Source: Botryllus schlosseri (lineage: Eukaryota). From it: DNA of 60,000 bases. Location: the NCBI GenBank assembly GCA_051294905.1, contig CM119371.1, forward strand, positions 17,052,001 through 17,112,000. Direction: 5' to 3'. Of the stretch, positions 1 to 13,900 are shown in pieces (the stretch's first letter is position 1; each line of letters begins with the position of its first letter). The notes beneath the pieces were generated by a model. It had not been told where the DNA came from. It was given only the letters and a program-made list of their open reading frames with translations, and did no database searches. The position numbers and the translations under genes were made by a program.

Positions 1-1130
1 CGGTACGATTTCTAGTTTGAGTCGATTTCAAACGAAGCAAGGAATTTTGTCGAGACATAGCATCCCAGTTATGATGTGGACATTCCCTTTCTGATCGGCA
101 ATGCCATCTCTGGTTTCATGGACATGGTCACATTTGCCTATTTATCAGCATGCTGAAGAAGTTTGACCGCTATTAAGTCGAATCTGCTTGTCTGCATGCC
201 TTATCTACAATATCATACAGTATTTTTCTAATATCCCAGACAGACTCGCTGTTCACCTGAGAATCGGTGGCGTCTTATTCATTCTGGTCTGGAATATGCG
301 TTCCCTCAATTCTAGTTATAACAAAATAGTCAGTCACACACCTTGTATTGTCGACTATATACGCCATGATTTGAATGAGTATAGCTATCAAGATGAATAC
401 ACTGAATTATTGTTAATCAAATAAAATATTTCTCAATTTGCGCCCGGAAAACATGCAATTAAACACGCAAACCATAGCCTAGCTGAGAAATGGGCAATTT
501 TCCAGGCGGGCCAAATGTAAAGCAAGAAATTCACGCTCTCTCGATCTCACCCAGCCGACGAGTGTTCGTATTTCACAGCGTTTCTCTAATAATGCCCATT
601 CAAAGTCTATCTCTTAACACGGCAATCGCCTCGCCAGAAAGAAAGATGACGGGTTTTCTTCTGACTCAAGTTAACATTCTTTTAGTGCTACATATCTTCT
701 TCAAATGTCAGACTCCATCCCACCCCTCTATTTTCGGGGTCGGCAACCTTTTGCTAGTCACGGGCCAAATTTCGAGTGTACAACTTTTGGCGGGCCGGAA
801 TTTTTCTTAATACTATATTTTACGCTCACTTCGGCACATTATCCTACATTGCTTCAATCTCAATTATACCAATGATGAAACACAAGTATTTACACTTCAA
901 CAACGCAGAATAAATGTGACAATTGACGCAGCTTGCTTTTTGACAATTTTTCGACTTCTGGTAACAAGTCAGATGAAGCAAGAATCAGACCATATTCTAA
1001 GTGGGCGTCCGAAATACGTGATCTTGGCTTGCACTTCGTGAATTTCATTGCGCAAAACTAATGCTCACATGCATACGTGCTACCAAAAATCGATGCAATG
1101 TCTTTTGCATCGTTAGACAAGTTGGGATAA
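1..1130. repeat. Copy 1 of a local direct duplication (partner ~3252-4772), with two internal deletions
   Basis: 1-530 aligns to ~3252-3788, ~526-733 to ~4146-4353, and ~736-1130 to ~4381-4772. Near-identical ORFs 490..810/4182..4520 and 1061/4646 confirm the match. Confidence 0.9.
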
Positions 1131-1452
1131 ATATCGCGCCGCGTCAAGCTCGCCTTTTTCATGACATCAAAATCCTTTTCGGAGAAAAAGAGGACAAATT
1201 CCCACAAATGAGGACATTTAGCCGTCCTCTGAGGACACTCTCAATTTATAATTTTCGATACGTACATTCCAGAACAGTTAACAACTGGTAACGGTAGTCG
1301 CGCATGTGTCTCCGTAAATATGTAGACTATCCTGTATTTAATGTTCACGGAATTCCTCACCGGTTGGGAACCACTGCTCTAAGGTCTATGGCTATGCCAT
1401 TAAATTGCAAATTGCAATAAATGTACAATTTTATCAATGTCGTTACTAATTA

Positions 1453-1818
1453 GGGCAAGTTTTTGTTGCAGTTAAATCCGTGGAAAGTTGCATTTTGACC
1501 ACATTTTGCTCGGTTGACTAAAAAAAAGGTCAATTTTCCGGCTCAGCTCCCGAAATGCCCGTTAAGGCGTTACTTCGGTGCTGATTTGCGGTATTTCAGT
1601 CGAATTTGGCCGTGTATTTCACCAAAATCGAAAATACTTTCATGAAAAATCGAGAAATTTGCAAAATGTTGCAAAAAGTTGCATGAAAAAAATGGACAAA
1701 AGTTGCAAAAAGTTGCACCATAAGATTCCTTCAGACAGCTTAAAACAGCATTCTCACGAGTATTTGGGAAGCTGCCGGAACCTGTAAAATAAGTGTCAAA
1801 CGTTGCAAAAACTTGCCC
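1453..1818. mobile_element. MITE with probable 9-bp TSD (MULE-like)
   Basis: Termini GGGCAAGTTTTTG / CAAAAACTTGCCC; flanks TACTAATTA (1444-1452) and TACGAATTA (1819-1827), 8/9 match. Confidence 0.7.
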
Positions 1819-3251
1819 TACGAATTACAGCAATTGGTGAAACTTGCCAATCCTATTTAATTTATTATTAGTAATTAATTTCAAGAGAACTTTGAAAGCA
1901 ATTGTTTTGAGATTTTAAGGAAGTTGGACTCGGAGTCTGATCAGGAGCATTTTCACAAACCATGACCCCAACTCCAGCCAGTATTTTTTCTCGACTCCGA
2001 ACAGAAGACGTGCCAAAAGTGTTTGAGACTCCGACTCTACAGTCCTTTGCGCCATATCTGTAGCTACCACGTCCTTCAAGGCCCGAAACGTCCCAAGGGA
2101 GTGCTGGCGTCCACGTTGGGAACTACTGTTGCAAATGAACTGTATGATATGATGTACCATTACTCTTGAATACATTATCCCCAAGTCTATTACCATAAAA
2201 AAATCATCCACAGAGGTCGAGAGTCGAATTTGAAAAAAAAAACGCTTGTTGAAGTTGTGGCGTTTGGTACGCATATGTAACGCGCAGTTATAGCAATATT
2301 GACATAGCTCGACAGACATCTATTGATTGTTTGCGATTAATCATTCACAGCAATCAACCGAGGTTCGAAGTATGAGGCAGTGACTATGATAATGCCTCAA
2401 TGTAATCGCTGCCATAGTAAGTCTGCGGCGCTGATTGAAAAACAGACGTAGGTTACCAGGGAATTTTGAGGTTATTTCTATTGTAGAAACTTGTGGTTAA
2501 TAGTTAGTAAAGTGTCTATGGTGTTTCCTAAAAGGTAAAGGAAATATCTCATTGTGATGATAACGTTATGGAGATAACTCACTGAACTATATGTTGAAAC
2601 GTAGGCCTATTCTTCTTGCATACTTCGAAATATCGCCAGAATTTCATAAATTAGTCCATTTTATGCGGCATGATTTTTGTCTGTGTGTACGTGTAGATTC
2701 TGTTCACATTCCGTTGTAAGAATGATCGCTGATCATTTTCTTCTCATCGTTTTATTCGTCTAATTCTGTGATTCCCGAGCTTTCGACTTGTGGCAGACTA
2801 GAAAGATTATAAAACGACCGCGGTACACTTACAAGAAAATTGCTTAAAATGTCTATTCACGTGGTAATGCGATGGCCATGCTTGTTTATAAAAAAAATAT
2901 TTGACATGTTACGAGGTTTAATTGTTGATAAACATACCCGCATTTCGTCGTTTTGTCGGCAATGGCAATAGATTACAGCTTTAGAGGTCAGTCAAAACGA
3001 AAATAATGCTCACGTGCTAATACCCATTTAGGTGCAAATGACAATACAATTTTGATTGCACTTATGGAATATAGGATTTGTGAGTAGATATTGAAAGTTG
3101 GCTTGAAAAAACATTATGTTAAACAGGGCGCGTAAACTATTGCTTGATTAATGGCTTCCGAATGAACAACCTAGCTATATTTATTTATAGCAAATCGTCT
3201 CAAGTTTTGTTGAAGTGTCAGTTGAATTTCAGACAATGCTCTTATGGTTTA

Positions 3252-4772
3252 CGATACGATTTCTGGTTTATGAGTTGCTTTGAAACTAAGCAAGGAATTT
3301 CTTCGAGATATAGCAGCCCATTTATTATGTGGACAAGACCCTACTGATCGGCAATGCCTTGTCTGGTTTCATGGACATGGTGACATATGCTTATTTATCA
3401 GCATGCTGAAGAAGTTTGACCACCATTAAGTCGCATCTGCTTGTCTGCATACGTTATCTACAATATTATACAGTATTTCTCTAATATCCCAGAAAGACTC
3501 GCGGCACACCAGAATCTGCGGCGTCTAATTCATTCTGCTCTGGAATATGTGTTCCCTCAATTGTACGTATAACAAAGTAGTCAGTCGCACACCTTGTATT
3601 GTCGACCATACGCCATGATTTGAATGAGTAATTGAGTATAGCTATCAAGATGAATACAATGAATTATTGTTAATTAAATAAAATATTTCTCAATTTGCGC
3701 CCGGAAAACATGCAATTAAACACACAAACCATAGCCTAGCTGAGAAATGGGCAATTTTTCAGGCGGGCCAAATGTAAAGCAAGAAATAGGTAGGCGGGCT
3801 GAGCCAAAAGTTTAACTATATTCCGTGGCGTATCTTATTTCTAAATTGAAAACATTGAATTACATTGTTAACACAAACTGATACCTAAGTGGATGCGCTA
3901 AATTCAGGCTACGGGAAAGTGAGGCCCAATTTACAAAAAAACTTTTTATTTATTCCGTGTCATTCTTAAAAACAATGTAAATCACGAAACATTTCTAACT
4001 TATTTGAATCACATTTCCCCAGACCATTTACCGTGGATACGTCAAAATGCATCTGGGATATTACAAAGCTGGTATTCGTCCCGGGCTGTGTGTATAGCTT
4101 GGCATATGGCCTTGTTGCATTGAGAGCTTCCCCGGCAAATGGCCTGAAATTCACGGTCTCTCGATCTCACCCAGCCGACGAGTGTTCGTATTTCACAGCG
4201 TTTCTCTAATCATGCCCATTCAAAGTCTATCTCTTAACACGGCAATCGCCTCGCCAGAAAGAAAGATGACGGGTTTTCTTCTGACTCAAGTTAACATTCT
4301 TTTAGTGCTACAAATCTTCTTCAAATGTCAGACTCCATGCCACACCTCTATTTGTAGGGTGACCGTAATCATGTACACCAGGGGTCGGCAACCTTTTGCT
4401 AGTCACGGGCCCAATTTCGAGTGTACAACTTTTGGCGGGCCGGAATTTTTCTTAATACTATATTTGACGCTCACTTCGGCACATTATCCTACATTGCTTC
4501 AATCTCAATCATACCAATGATGAAACACAAGTATTTACACTTCAACAACGCAGAATAAATGTGACAATTGACGCAGCTTGCTTTTTGAAAAATTTTCGAC
4601 TTCTGGTAACAAGTCAGATGAAGGAAGAATCAGACCATATTCTAAGTGGGCGTCCGAAATACGAGACCTTGGCTTGCACTTCGTGAATTTCATTGCTCAA
4701 AACTAATGCTCACATGCATACGTGCTACCAAAAATCGATGCAATGTCTTTTGCATCGCTGGACAAGCTGGGA
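3252..4772. repeat. Copy 2 of the local direct duplication
   Basis: Longer copy. It retains ~3789-4145 and ~4354-4380, which are absent from copy 1. Confidence 0.9.
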
Positions 4773-4920
4773 TAAAGATCAATTTCAAGAACGTACTCCT
4801 TGTCAAAGTCATGCAGCGATATGCTCTTTGTATGGAGTTTGTCATTCAATCACTGCATCGCATTTTAAAAAGGCCCAGTTGAAATTTTCAGGCAATGGTA
4901 ATGGCGTCCACATTAAATGA
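4559..4920 (-). pseudogene. hAT transposase C-terminal dimerisation-domain remnant
   Basis: Minus-strand translation DLYPSLSSDAKDIASIFGSTYACEH*F*AMKFTKCKPRSRISDAHLEYGLILPSSDLLPEVENFSKSKLRQLSH matches the Charlie/GTF2IRD2-type motif FGSTYxCExxFSxMK...SRxxDxHL...QxSH; contains stops. Confidence 0.85.
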
Positions 4921-6003
4921 AGTACTGAATAGTCAGAATTTGTTTCGTATAGAAGGAATGTCGGCAAAGCGGTTGAATATTCAGTAATGAAAATTCGTAT
5001 CACAGTTACAAATATAGTGTTGGTACTAGGTTTTCTCTCCTCCAGTATAGGAAAGTGAGTATAATATTCTCACTACAGTTGACATTCCCAGAGACGCAGA
5101 TTTGTTTCGAATGCACCTCAACATCTCATGTATTCAGTTGCCTACGGATGCTATAGTTAGGCTATCTGTCTGTAAGTTTGAGATTTTGCCATTGCGTCTA
5201 AGATATTCCAGGCGTTTGTTGAAACAAAGGAAGGACACCTTTATTGTCACACCCCATCGGTAAACCCTTTAAAAAGTATGGTACACCTTCGGTTGGTTGC
5301 GAGATACACCCGATTGATAAGCACTGATCTAGTCTACTAGACAATCTCCATTTCTTACTTTAGTGCTCTTCAACCTTTTTCGACGTGGTACACCCTTTTA
5401 ACGTTTGCTCAAAACTCGTACACCCTTGTTCATTAGGGGACTTTAAAAATGACTTTTTTTCAACTCGTACTGGCTACTTGATAAAATTGTTAGGTTACCT
5501 AACTTGAGCCTACACACCAAATTTGGTTCAATTCAAACCAGTAGCCGCATTTCTACGAGAGAAGAAAGTTTCTATTTATTATATAAAAATAAATAACGAA
5601 AAATGTGAAATTTTTCTGTTCACTCCATGAAAGTATTAGGTTGTCTATAAAAACGATGCTCTTCAAATTTGGTTCAATTCCAACCAGTAGAAGCGGAGTT
5701 ATTGCCGTCAAAAAATTTGGATTTGATTAAAATAGTATTTGGTCACAGAGTCTATTCGCAGCCAGTTAGGCCGCCCGCCACGCAAATTGCAATTTCTTCC
5801 GTGTTAGCCCAAAAACAGCATGACATTACGAACGATAATCAACCTAAATGTAACAGTATTGGAGAGAGAGTAGGTAAAGCTACTGCTGCTGAAGCAGTAA
5901 TTCAGATCAGCGATGATAGCAGGCGCACCAGCCTACTGCGACACTGCGTATCAGGCCTGCCCCACACCACACACAGTCGATAGTAGCACATGGGCTGTAA
6001 GAT

Positions 6004-6277
6004 GACGAAATAGCGCAGTGGTATAATCCGCGGCTGCAACACCAATGGGTGCGGGTTCGAGTCCGACCGAGGTCGACTTCCGTTACCCAAGTGTTGGAGG
6101 TTTACCTAGGCTCCTCCTCGCCACTTCATCCGCGTCAGCGGTGTCTTACAAAAGCCTAGAGGTGGGCCGTGCTATAAGTCGGCAGTTGCGGAAAATAAGA
6201 AGAATATCGGCCTGGTGTAAATGACCATAGTAGTCGACAATCACCACGAATACCCCAAAACAAACAACAAGCAACAA
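6004..6277 (+). mobile_element. tRNA-derived SINE
   Basis: A box TAGCGCAGTGG (6011), B box GGTTCGAGTCC (~6054), CAA/AAAC-rich tail, ~14-bp TSD ACATGGGCTG(T/C)AAG (5988-6001, 6278-6291). The empty site is present in the sister copy at ~7490-7520. Confidence 0.9.
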
Positions 6278-6875
6278 ACATGGGCTGCAAGGGATGTCAG
6301 TAACATCAGGTCGTATGCCGCTGTGCACAGTCTATTGTCGCTAATTTGCATCAATAATACCAAAATACTAAATTACAAATGTAAGGCGAAATATTGGACA
6401 TAAAATCGGCATTTTAAAACAAAACGGTTTCGATTTCAACATAGAAGCTGTTTCGACCCTGACGTCACTTCATTTATGTGCATTGCGATATTTATTAACG
6501 TCAGGTAGGAAGTACCGATTCAAGAAGTCTGAGCTATCGCGGCGGTTTCCTCAAGAATCACTAAAAGGCAAATGACTAGCTGAACACATGTTTGCTGCAT
6601 ACTTTCCAACACCAAACGGAACCATTGGTCTATTGCCTACGGCTAAATGAAAAGGAGAAATATTTGCTTATGACATCACAATCAAGCGGTGTACAGTATT
6701 ACACTTGAGATAACATCGTACTACATTGCTCATTAACCTGTGCGTCAACCTGTACTGACCCATAAACCTGCCTTTGTGATAGCTAGCAATCGGCTCATTT
6801 TAATTCGGATCTGGTACACCCCTGTACACCCCATCCGAGTGGTACACCCTTTGCAAATTTTTGTACACCCTAGGG

Positions 6876-8131
6876 CAGTGCTCTTCAACGGGGGTTGTCG
6901 TACACCCTAGGGTGTACCGGAATTCGCAAAGGGTGTACCACTCGGATGGGGTGTACAGGGGTGTACCAGATCCGAATTACAATGAGCCGATGGCTAGCTA
7001 TCACAAAGGCAGGTTTAGAGGTCAGTACAGGTTGACGCACAGGTTAATGAGCAATATGGTACGATGTTATCTCAATTGTAATACTGTACACCGCTTGATT
7101 GTGGTGTCATAAGCAAATATTTCTTCTATTCATTTAGCCGTCGGCAATAGACCAATGGTTTCGTTTGGTGTTGGAAAGTATGCAGCTTACAAACATGTGT
7201 TCAGCTAGTCATTTGTCTTTCAGTGATTTTTGAGGAAACCGCCGCGATAGCTCAGACTTTTTGAATCTGTACTTCCTATCCGACAGTGATAAATACGCAA
7301 TGCACGTACATGAAGTGACGTAGCCAGCCAGGGTCGAAACAGTTTCCATGTTGAAATGGAAACCCTTTTGTTTTAAAATGCCGATCGTATTTCCAATATT
7401 TCGCCATATATTTGCAATTTAGTATTTTTTTATTAGTGATGTAAATTAGCGACAATAGACTGCGTATACCGGCATACGATCTGAGGTTACTGACATCTCT
7501 TGCAGCCCTTGTGCTACTATCGACTGTGTGTGGTGTGGGCCAGGCCTGATACGAAGTAGGCTGGAGCTCCTGCTATCATCGCTGATCTGAAATACCGCTT
7601 CCGCAGCAGTAGCTTTACCTACTCTCTCCCCAATACTGTTACATTTAGGTTGATTATCGTTCGTAATATCATGCTGTTTTTGCTCTGACACGAAATAAAT
7701 TCCAATTTGCGTGGAGGGCGGCTTAACTGGCTGCGAATAGACTCTGTGATTAAATACTATTTTATTCAAGTCTAAATTTTTTGACGGCAATAACTCCGCT
7801 TCTACTGGTCTGAATTGAACCAAATTTTAAGAACATCGTATTTATAGACAACCTAATACTTTCATGGGGTGAACAGAACAATTTCAAATTTTTCGTTATT
7901 TATTTTATATAATTAATAGAAACTTTCTTCTCCCGTAGCAAGGCGGCTACTGGTTGGAATTGAACCAAATTTGGTGTGTAGGCTTAAGTTAGGTAACCTA
8001 ACAATGTTATCAAGTAGCCAGTACGATTTGAGAAAAATAGTCATTTTTGAAGACCCCTAATGGACAGGGGGTACGAGTTTTGAGCAAACGCTAAAAGGGT
8101 GTACCACATCGAAAAAGGTTGAGGAGCACTG
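6876..8131 (-). mobile_element. hAT-type MITE (inner copy B), same family as A, inverted
   Basis: CAGTGCTCTTCAAC...GGTTGAGGAGCACTG; flanks CCCTAGGG (6868-6875) and CCCATAGGG (8132-8140); reverse complement of copy A along its length (ORFs 5669+ and 7446- are homologous). Confidence 0.88.
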
Positions 8132-8498
8132 CCCATAGGGTGTACGACAACCCCGGTTGAAGAGCACTGTCCTACTTCGACCGCCTTCGTTTTATGGCGT
8201 CACAATAGACTAATACGATGTAGGCAACTTATATCGTAGCGATGCCACATTCTTTCCAAACAATTATGCACTGCTGATTGAAACTCATTGTGAAACGGCT
8301 GGCCGTATTCTTGTGTTAGCTAATTATTATGCCGCGGGCCGGAAGATTTCGCTTGGCGGGCCTAATCCGGCCCGCGGGCCGTAGGTTGCCGACCGTTGAT
8401 GTACACTGATTGACTTGTTTTACAGTTTGGAAACGTACGTCATGTCAATTTAAATTACAGTCCTAGTAATTCGCAATAGAACGGTGTCAGTATAGAAA

Positions 8499-9072
8499 TT
8501 AAACATGGAACAGCAATGACCGATTTCGGAGCTTCGTTCCGCTTCGCTGAGGTTGGAGTGGAGAATTGTTTTGCGTAAGCGACTGTAGGATTTCTGGCAA
8601 TCCAAAAGCTATCTTCCCAAGCGCAGAAATTACTGAATCTGGTCTTGATAGAAAGCTACTGTTGTACCGATTCCGATAATATAAACTAAAATAATGATCA
8701 GGCACTGATCAACCTAGAATCTGTCATCCCGTCTGAAATATCGACATTGTTCAGAACAATCGGGTAACCGCAACACAATCGCCATAACAATGACACGTTG
8801 CGACTCTCCGATTGTTCCAACAATGACGATAATACAGACTTGGAGGACGGATTATAGGTGGATCAGTGCCTGATCACTATTTCAATTTGTATTTTCGGAA
8901 TCGGTGCCATAGTAGCTTTCGATCAGGACCAGATTCAATAATTTCTGCGCTGGGGAAGATAGCTTTTGGATTGCCAGAAATCCTACAGTCGCTTACGCAA
9001 AAAAATTCTCCACTCCAGCCTCGGCGAAGCGGAACGAAGCTGCAAATTCGGTCGTTGCCGTTCCATGTTTAA
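8499..9072. mobile_element. Foldback MITE with ~210-bp inverted arms bounded by TTAA
   Basis: Arms ~8499-8712 and ~8859-9072 are reverse complements (mirror ORFs 8499- and 8866+); ends TTAAACATGGAAC / GTTCCATGTTTAA. Superfamily (Kolobok/piggyBac-like) uncertain. Confidence 0.75.
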
Positions 9073-10948
9073 TATTTATAATGTCAGTGAGCATACTTTG
9101 CTATATTTGCAGTATTTGAAATCCAGATTATACGTCCTATACGTATGACCGCGTGATCACTGTACAAGTTTACAACGTATGCTACTACGTATGTACACAG
9201 CTATGCACTGTACGTACACATACGAACAAGCAAGCATAAAAGTAAACGCTTTTCCGGTTCAGTTCATTCAGCCTTTGATCTATGCGACATATTGGCAGAC
9301 CTAATCCTAAATAGATTTTTTGTTCTAAATCACAGACTACGTTTTACGGGCCAGTCAGAATCGCGTCACGGCCCTAATTTGGCATCAGTACAATCTAAGT
9401 AAGCAGGCCTATGCTATGCTACATAATACTTCATAATTAATCAGGGTTCCGGGACATATATGGAATGCCCTGGTCCACCCTGAAGTAGTTTACTTTACTT
9501 AAAAACAGTAGGCCTAGCGGACAGAATTACTGGAAACATATCCGATAAGTACATTCTGCATGGAAATGTTACGGAACTTATGCACAAGGCGCCGTCCTTT
9601 ACTCGTACATGTGAATCACTATCTATTTAGTGTTTCACATAATTTTTTTAAAATATTGTCGAATGTTTCCCCATGAACACTTTAATTACGTATACAGTTT
9701 GGGGTTTGTACTTCACTTATTCCATATAGAAACATATGCATTAAACAACCACTGTTTGCGGTACTATTTTTGAACATTTAAAGCAGATTTAAACAAGAAA
9801 AAAATATTTTTTTTATATTTTTCAATTTTATTTTTCAATTTAATTACTTTTTGCCCATGACTTTATGCGCTGTTCGATCGTGTTCGATTCACGATCCCGT
9901 GCGCGAGTCGTATATGTGAGTTAGGGATAGGGCCTTCACACAAAACCACGTCCGAATTGGGCGATTGCAATAGAGTTAATCCCAGTTTTCGGAGATCGCA
10001 TGAGTCCATTTCCAAAGCTGTTCCCCGCATGTGCTCGTAGCTTGGCTTGTGTAAGCTGAGGTGTACGTACCTCCGGCCTATCCGCATGAGTTCGCTCTTC
10101 ATTATTTGTATGGCTCGGGTCCGCGTAGTCATGTGATACAACTTGTCATAATTTAATTACTGTTCATAATGAGGGGGTTCCCCCACGGTATGGACATGTG
10201 CGGCCGCCAACCCCTCATCCGAGACTGCCGCTCTGGTACAGCCCCGCATGATCTCTTTTAGGGTTGTAGTCGGAATATCCTGGCCCAACTTGTCCTTTAG
10301 GAGTTGCTGCAAGCATAGTTGTGGCACGCATTCGGGAGGCTTGTACGAATATTAGCAAGTTCAACTACCCGGTTGCATAACCGTTCCAATTCTGTCTTCA
10401 CTTTCTTATCAGTTCCATCATACAGTTCATACGTTTTTATCGGGCCGCGACCATGTCTATAGAGGCCGTGGCGCGGTTTTGATGTCGGTGGAGAGAGAGC
10501 GAGGGTATCTGTATTCAGTGGGGCTTCCACACTCGATTTTTTCTGCCTCTGAAGGGGCTGCGTGCCCGCATCCAACTTCACGCCGGCGGTTTCAACGCCC
10601 GACGGGGGCCCTTTTTCTGGAGAGGCTAGCATATCGCCTCCAGACTCTTCTTCATCCACAAAATTTGTAGTGTGGATGTCGACAGCTGCTTTCAATGCAA
10701 TCTTCTCGGTATATGGCACAACTGCTGCGGCCATGGGGCCGTCGTGAACGATTCCCACCCTTCTATTGTGGCGAATGCAGTGGCCGTTGTTTTCAAGAAT
10801 CTCTTGAACATGATGTTCCTGAGAGGTGCTAGCGGGGCTTCCGCGCTCAGCACGCAAGGATTTCGGTGTCACAGCGCTCACCCGACTTAATTTTGTATCT
10901 GTGGTTCCTCCACACTTGGCGCAAAATCCTTCCGAGAGACAGGGACAT

Positions 10949-13900
10949 TAGGGTTGTTCAGAATTGATCGACTTTCAAAAAGTCGTGGTTTTCAGTCCGA
11001 TTCCCATGCCTTATACCATAAAAACATATTCTAGCTACATTTTTTCGTAATTCATCCCTTGCATCCGTGTGCATTTTGAGCTGGAAAATTATCGGCTAAA
11101 AATGGGGGATTCCCCTAAAATTTGAGTGTCGCCATTCGGACTAGGCTAGTAAACGTCATATTATAAGCTGGGTTTATGCAGCTATTGCGGTTTGGAGTGC
11201 TGCATAACCTTATTATAGAAAGTATTGCCGGTTCAGGACACCATTTTCATGTCCTACCCTTACTTAGAACTCCTCAAAACTGCCTAAGACTGATAGTCAT
11301 GTTGTTGGATCACATATCCTACACTCCTCAACCCTACCTGAGATTGTCCATCAATTTCCGGGATCACCATGTGCAACAATACAACTGTGAATGTATCATT
11401 CACTCACAGCCACATTTTAAACATCACATTGTTCAAAGGAAACGAAACAATAAGGAAAAGAAATAGATCAACTTGGCAAATACTACTTAAATCAGGTGGA
11501 TGAAATGGTTGCTTTAGAGAAATCGGCATATCTGTTCCCGTGATCTTCCACGGCTTGTAAGAGGCTCGTCCGCTGTTCTTTGTCATCTGTTTTTAAAGCA
11601 TCAAAGTCGGTATTCAATTTTACCAAACGCTTTGCTGCGTCTTCAACTACTTCAACACTACTCACAAATTCTTGAGCAGCCACAAAATGCGGATTTGTGT
11701 GCCATTCCGAAACTGGAAGACTCAACTAATCATGTTCGGCATGTATAGCATCGAATAGAAACCATGATTCCGGTCCAATTAAAGCAACCATACTCATTGA
11801 CTCGGAGACAGAGTCAGAGATTAGACTCAGAGGTAAACCTCTGCGAAATTGTTCAAGAATTGGCATTTGCAGCAATTTAGCAGCCATCGCTTCCTTCACT
11901 TTGTCAGTAATCTTTGGTTTAGCCGAGAACATTGTAGATACCACCGTTTCATCGGTGAGATGCCAATGATGTTTTCACATCTTTTTATATGCCACATCAG
12001 CAACTGTGAAGTCGCATGATGTAAAGTCTGTCATGTCATGAAGAAATTTGAGATCATTACTCTGTGCGTCACATGCAATATTAGTTTTAAGCTGGGACAG
12101 AAAACTGGGCAATATTTATTCGTACCAACTTTCTAATGAACTCTTCAGAATAGCCCATTTGCTCACTCAACATGAACATTTTTTGACAGTACAGCACTTG
12201 ATTCGTCCATCCAGTGCTATAGTAGCACCAGGCTTGCGAAAACGATTATCAACATATTGGTCATCTAAAATCACCAAGGCGCCTGTTGCACAGTCTCTGT
12301 AGTCATCTCTTATCAATACTTCTTTCTGCTTTCCATTATATGGCTTAATCAGTGGAATTATTCTTGCTTTGCTTCATCAGCTTTCATCGCCAACCCGCTG
12401 CCTTCATCAAACTGAAGTGTTTTAGAGCTTCTTAATTGATCAATATCTTTCCACTTCTTGGAAGGTATTAAAATCTGTGTTTTCAGGGCCTGTGGTCGCC
12501 GATCCAAATACACACTTCAGTTCCAAATCTCCCGGATGACTAGTTCATGAATATGATGGCGACAAGACTGCAGAAAACTTTCCTGTTTATCAATTCTTCA
12601 AGTAACAGAACAATTTTTTCCATTGTTTGAGGATGTTGTGTCAAACACAAGAGCTCTGACATTTTTTGTTAAATTATATAGTTCCAGCAGTTCAAATGAC
12701 GGATCAGCCTGTGCTTTTCCTGTAGCACTCTCCAGAGTTCGAATGCGAAGAAGTTTGCCCTTCTCAAATGCGTTACATCACGTAGACGATGCCAGCACTG
12801 CCAAGGCCTCAAATTGCTCTCCTAAACGACTCCCAGTGAGCTTTCCATTCCAGTGCAATGTGATGTGCTTTGGTGGATCGTTTGCTATTTTTTCAACAAC
12901 AGACTCAGAAATTTTAAAACGATTTGCAATGCGTCGTCGATAGGTTCCAGGTCTTGAAAGATGAAAGTCATTAGGGTCACCATCGCAAGCTTTAATCAGT
13001 GCTGCAGTTATCATGGTAGCAGCATTATCGCTGACTTTCAAGTGATCGGAAACCTGGCATATGTCTTTGTCGTTGAACAGGTTTACAGGCGCTTTTAGAG
13101 TCACAAATTTAAAGCAATGACCCGATGTCGACTGCGCCACTTCAAAATCACTGCTGTGGGAAGTGTCATCTACCTGCGAAGATATAGATGAGCTCTCTGT
13201 AAATTCACCTTCGCTACTTGAAGCTGGTGCACTCTCTCGCACTCATGGTCCGTCTCTTTTGTTGCATGGTTTTCACTTTCAACACTGTATCTTTGCCACC
13301 AATCGTTGCTAATCACGGACCCCTTTGATCCTGATAAAATGTTTTGTATTCATGTTTCTTATCGCCGGAGAGAAGTGTACTTGCTTCAATTGTCGTCATC
13401 GCGTCAGGAGCTCCTCTATGCCCATAGCTTACTCAACTTGGCTTCAAAGTCACTTTGTTTTCTTGATACATATTGCTCGCCTTTAGTGACAGCCATTTGG
13501 TTTCTGTTTTCACACTGTCTCTAATCTTTCAATGGCATTGACTTGTGTGATGGTCTTTGTGGCAGCCAGGAACCAAAAACTGGTTCATTTTTCGCATATG
13601 AATGCTCTCTTAGGTGTAACACATACTGCATAACTTTCCTAAGAGTAAGCAGCTTCGATCTCGTAATGTTTCCTCAGAGGGCCCAGCTAGGAAATGCTGT
13701 GTCTGCGACCGTGATCTTCTAGTTTTCTTTGATACTATATCACTAGATGGCAATTTTCTTTTTTTTTTTAGATATTTTGCACTAGAGCTAATCCTAGAAA
13801 AATAAATATACATCAACTCAGTCAAGCAACAAAGAATAGTTTGAAACATTTCATTTCTCTAAGGTCAAACACATACTGCACAACTTGAGCAAGAATAGTC

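Larger units (their letters stand above)
5361..8169 (+). mobile_element. hAT-type MITE (outer copy A)
   Basis: TIRs (T/C)AGTGCTCTTCAACC / GGTTGAAGAGCACTG; 8-bp TSD TCTTACTT (5353-5360) vs TCCTACTT (8170-8177). Confidence 0.85.
4379..8398 (-). mobile_element. hAT (Buster/Charlie-type) deletion derivative, host of nested insertions
   Basis: TIRs CAGGGGTCGGCAACC / GGTTGCCGACCGTTG; exact 8-bp TSD ATGTACAC (4371-4378, 8399-8406); subterminal GCGGGCCG motifs. Confidence 0.9.

Noticed and set aside
6004..6078. Functional tRNA gene
   Set aside because: Stems are poorly paired, and it is followed by a SINE body, tail and TSD.
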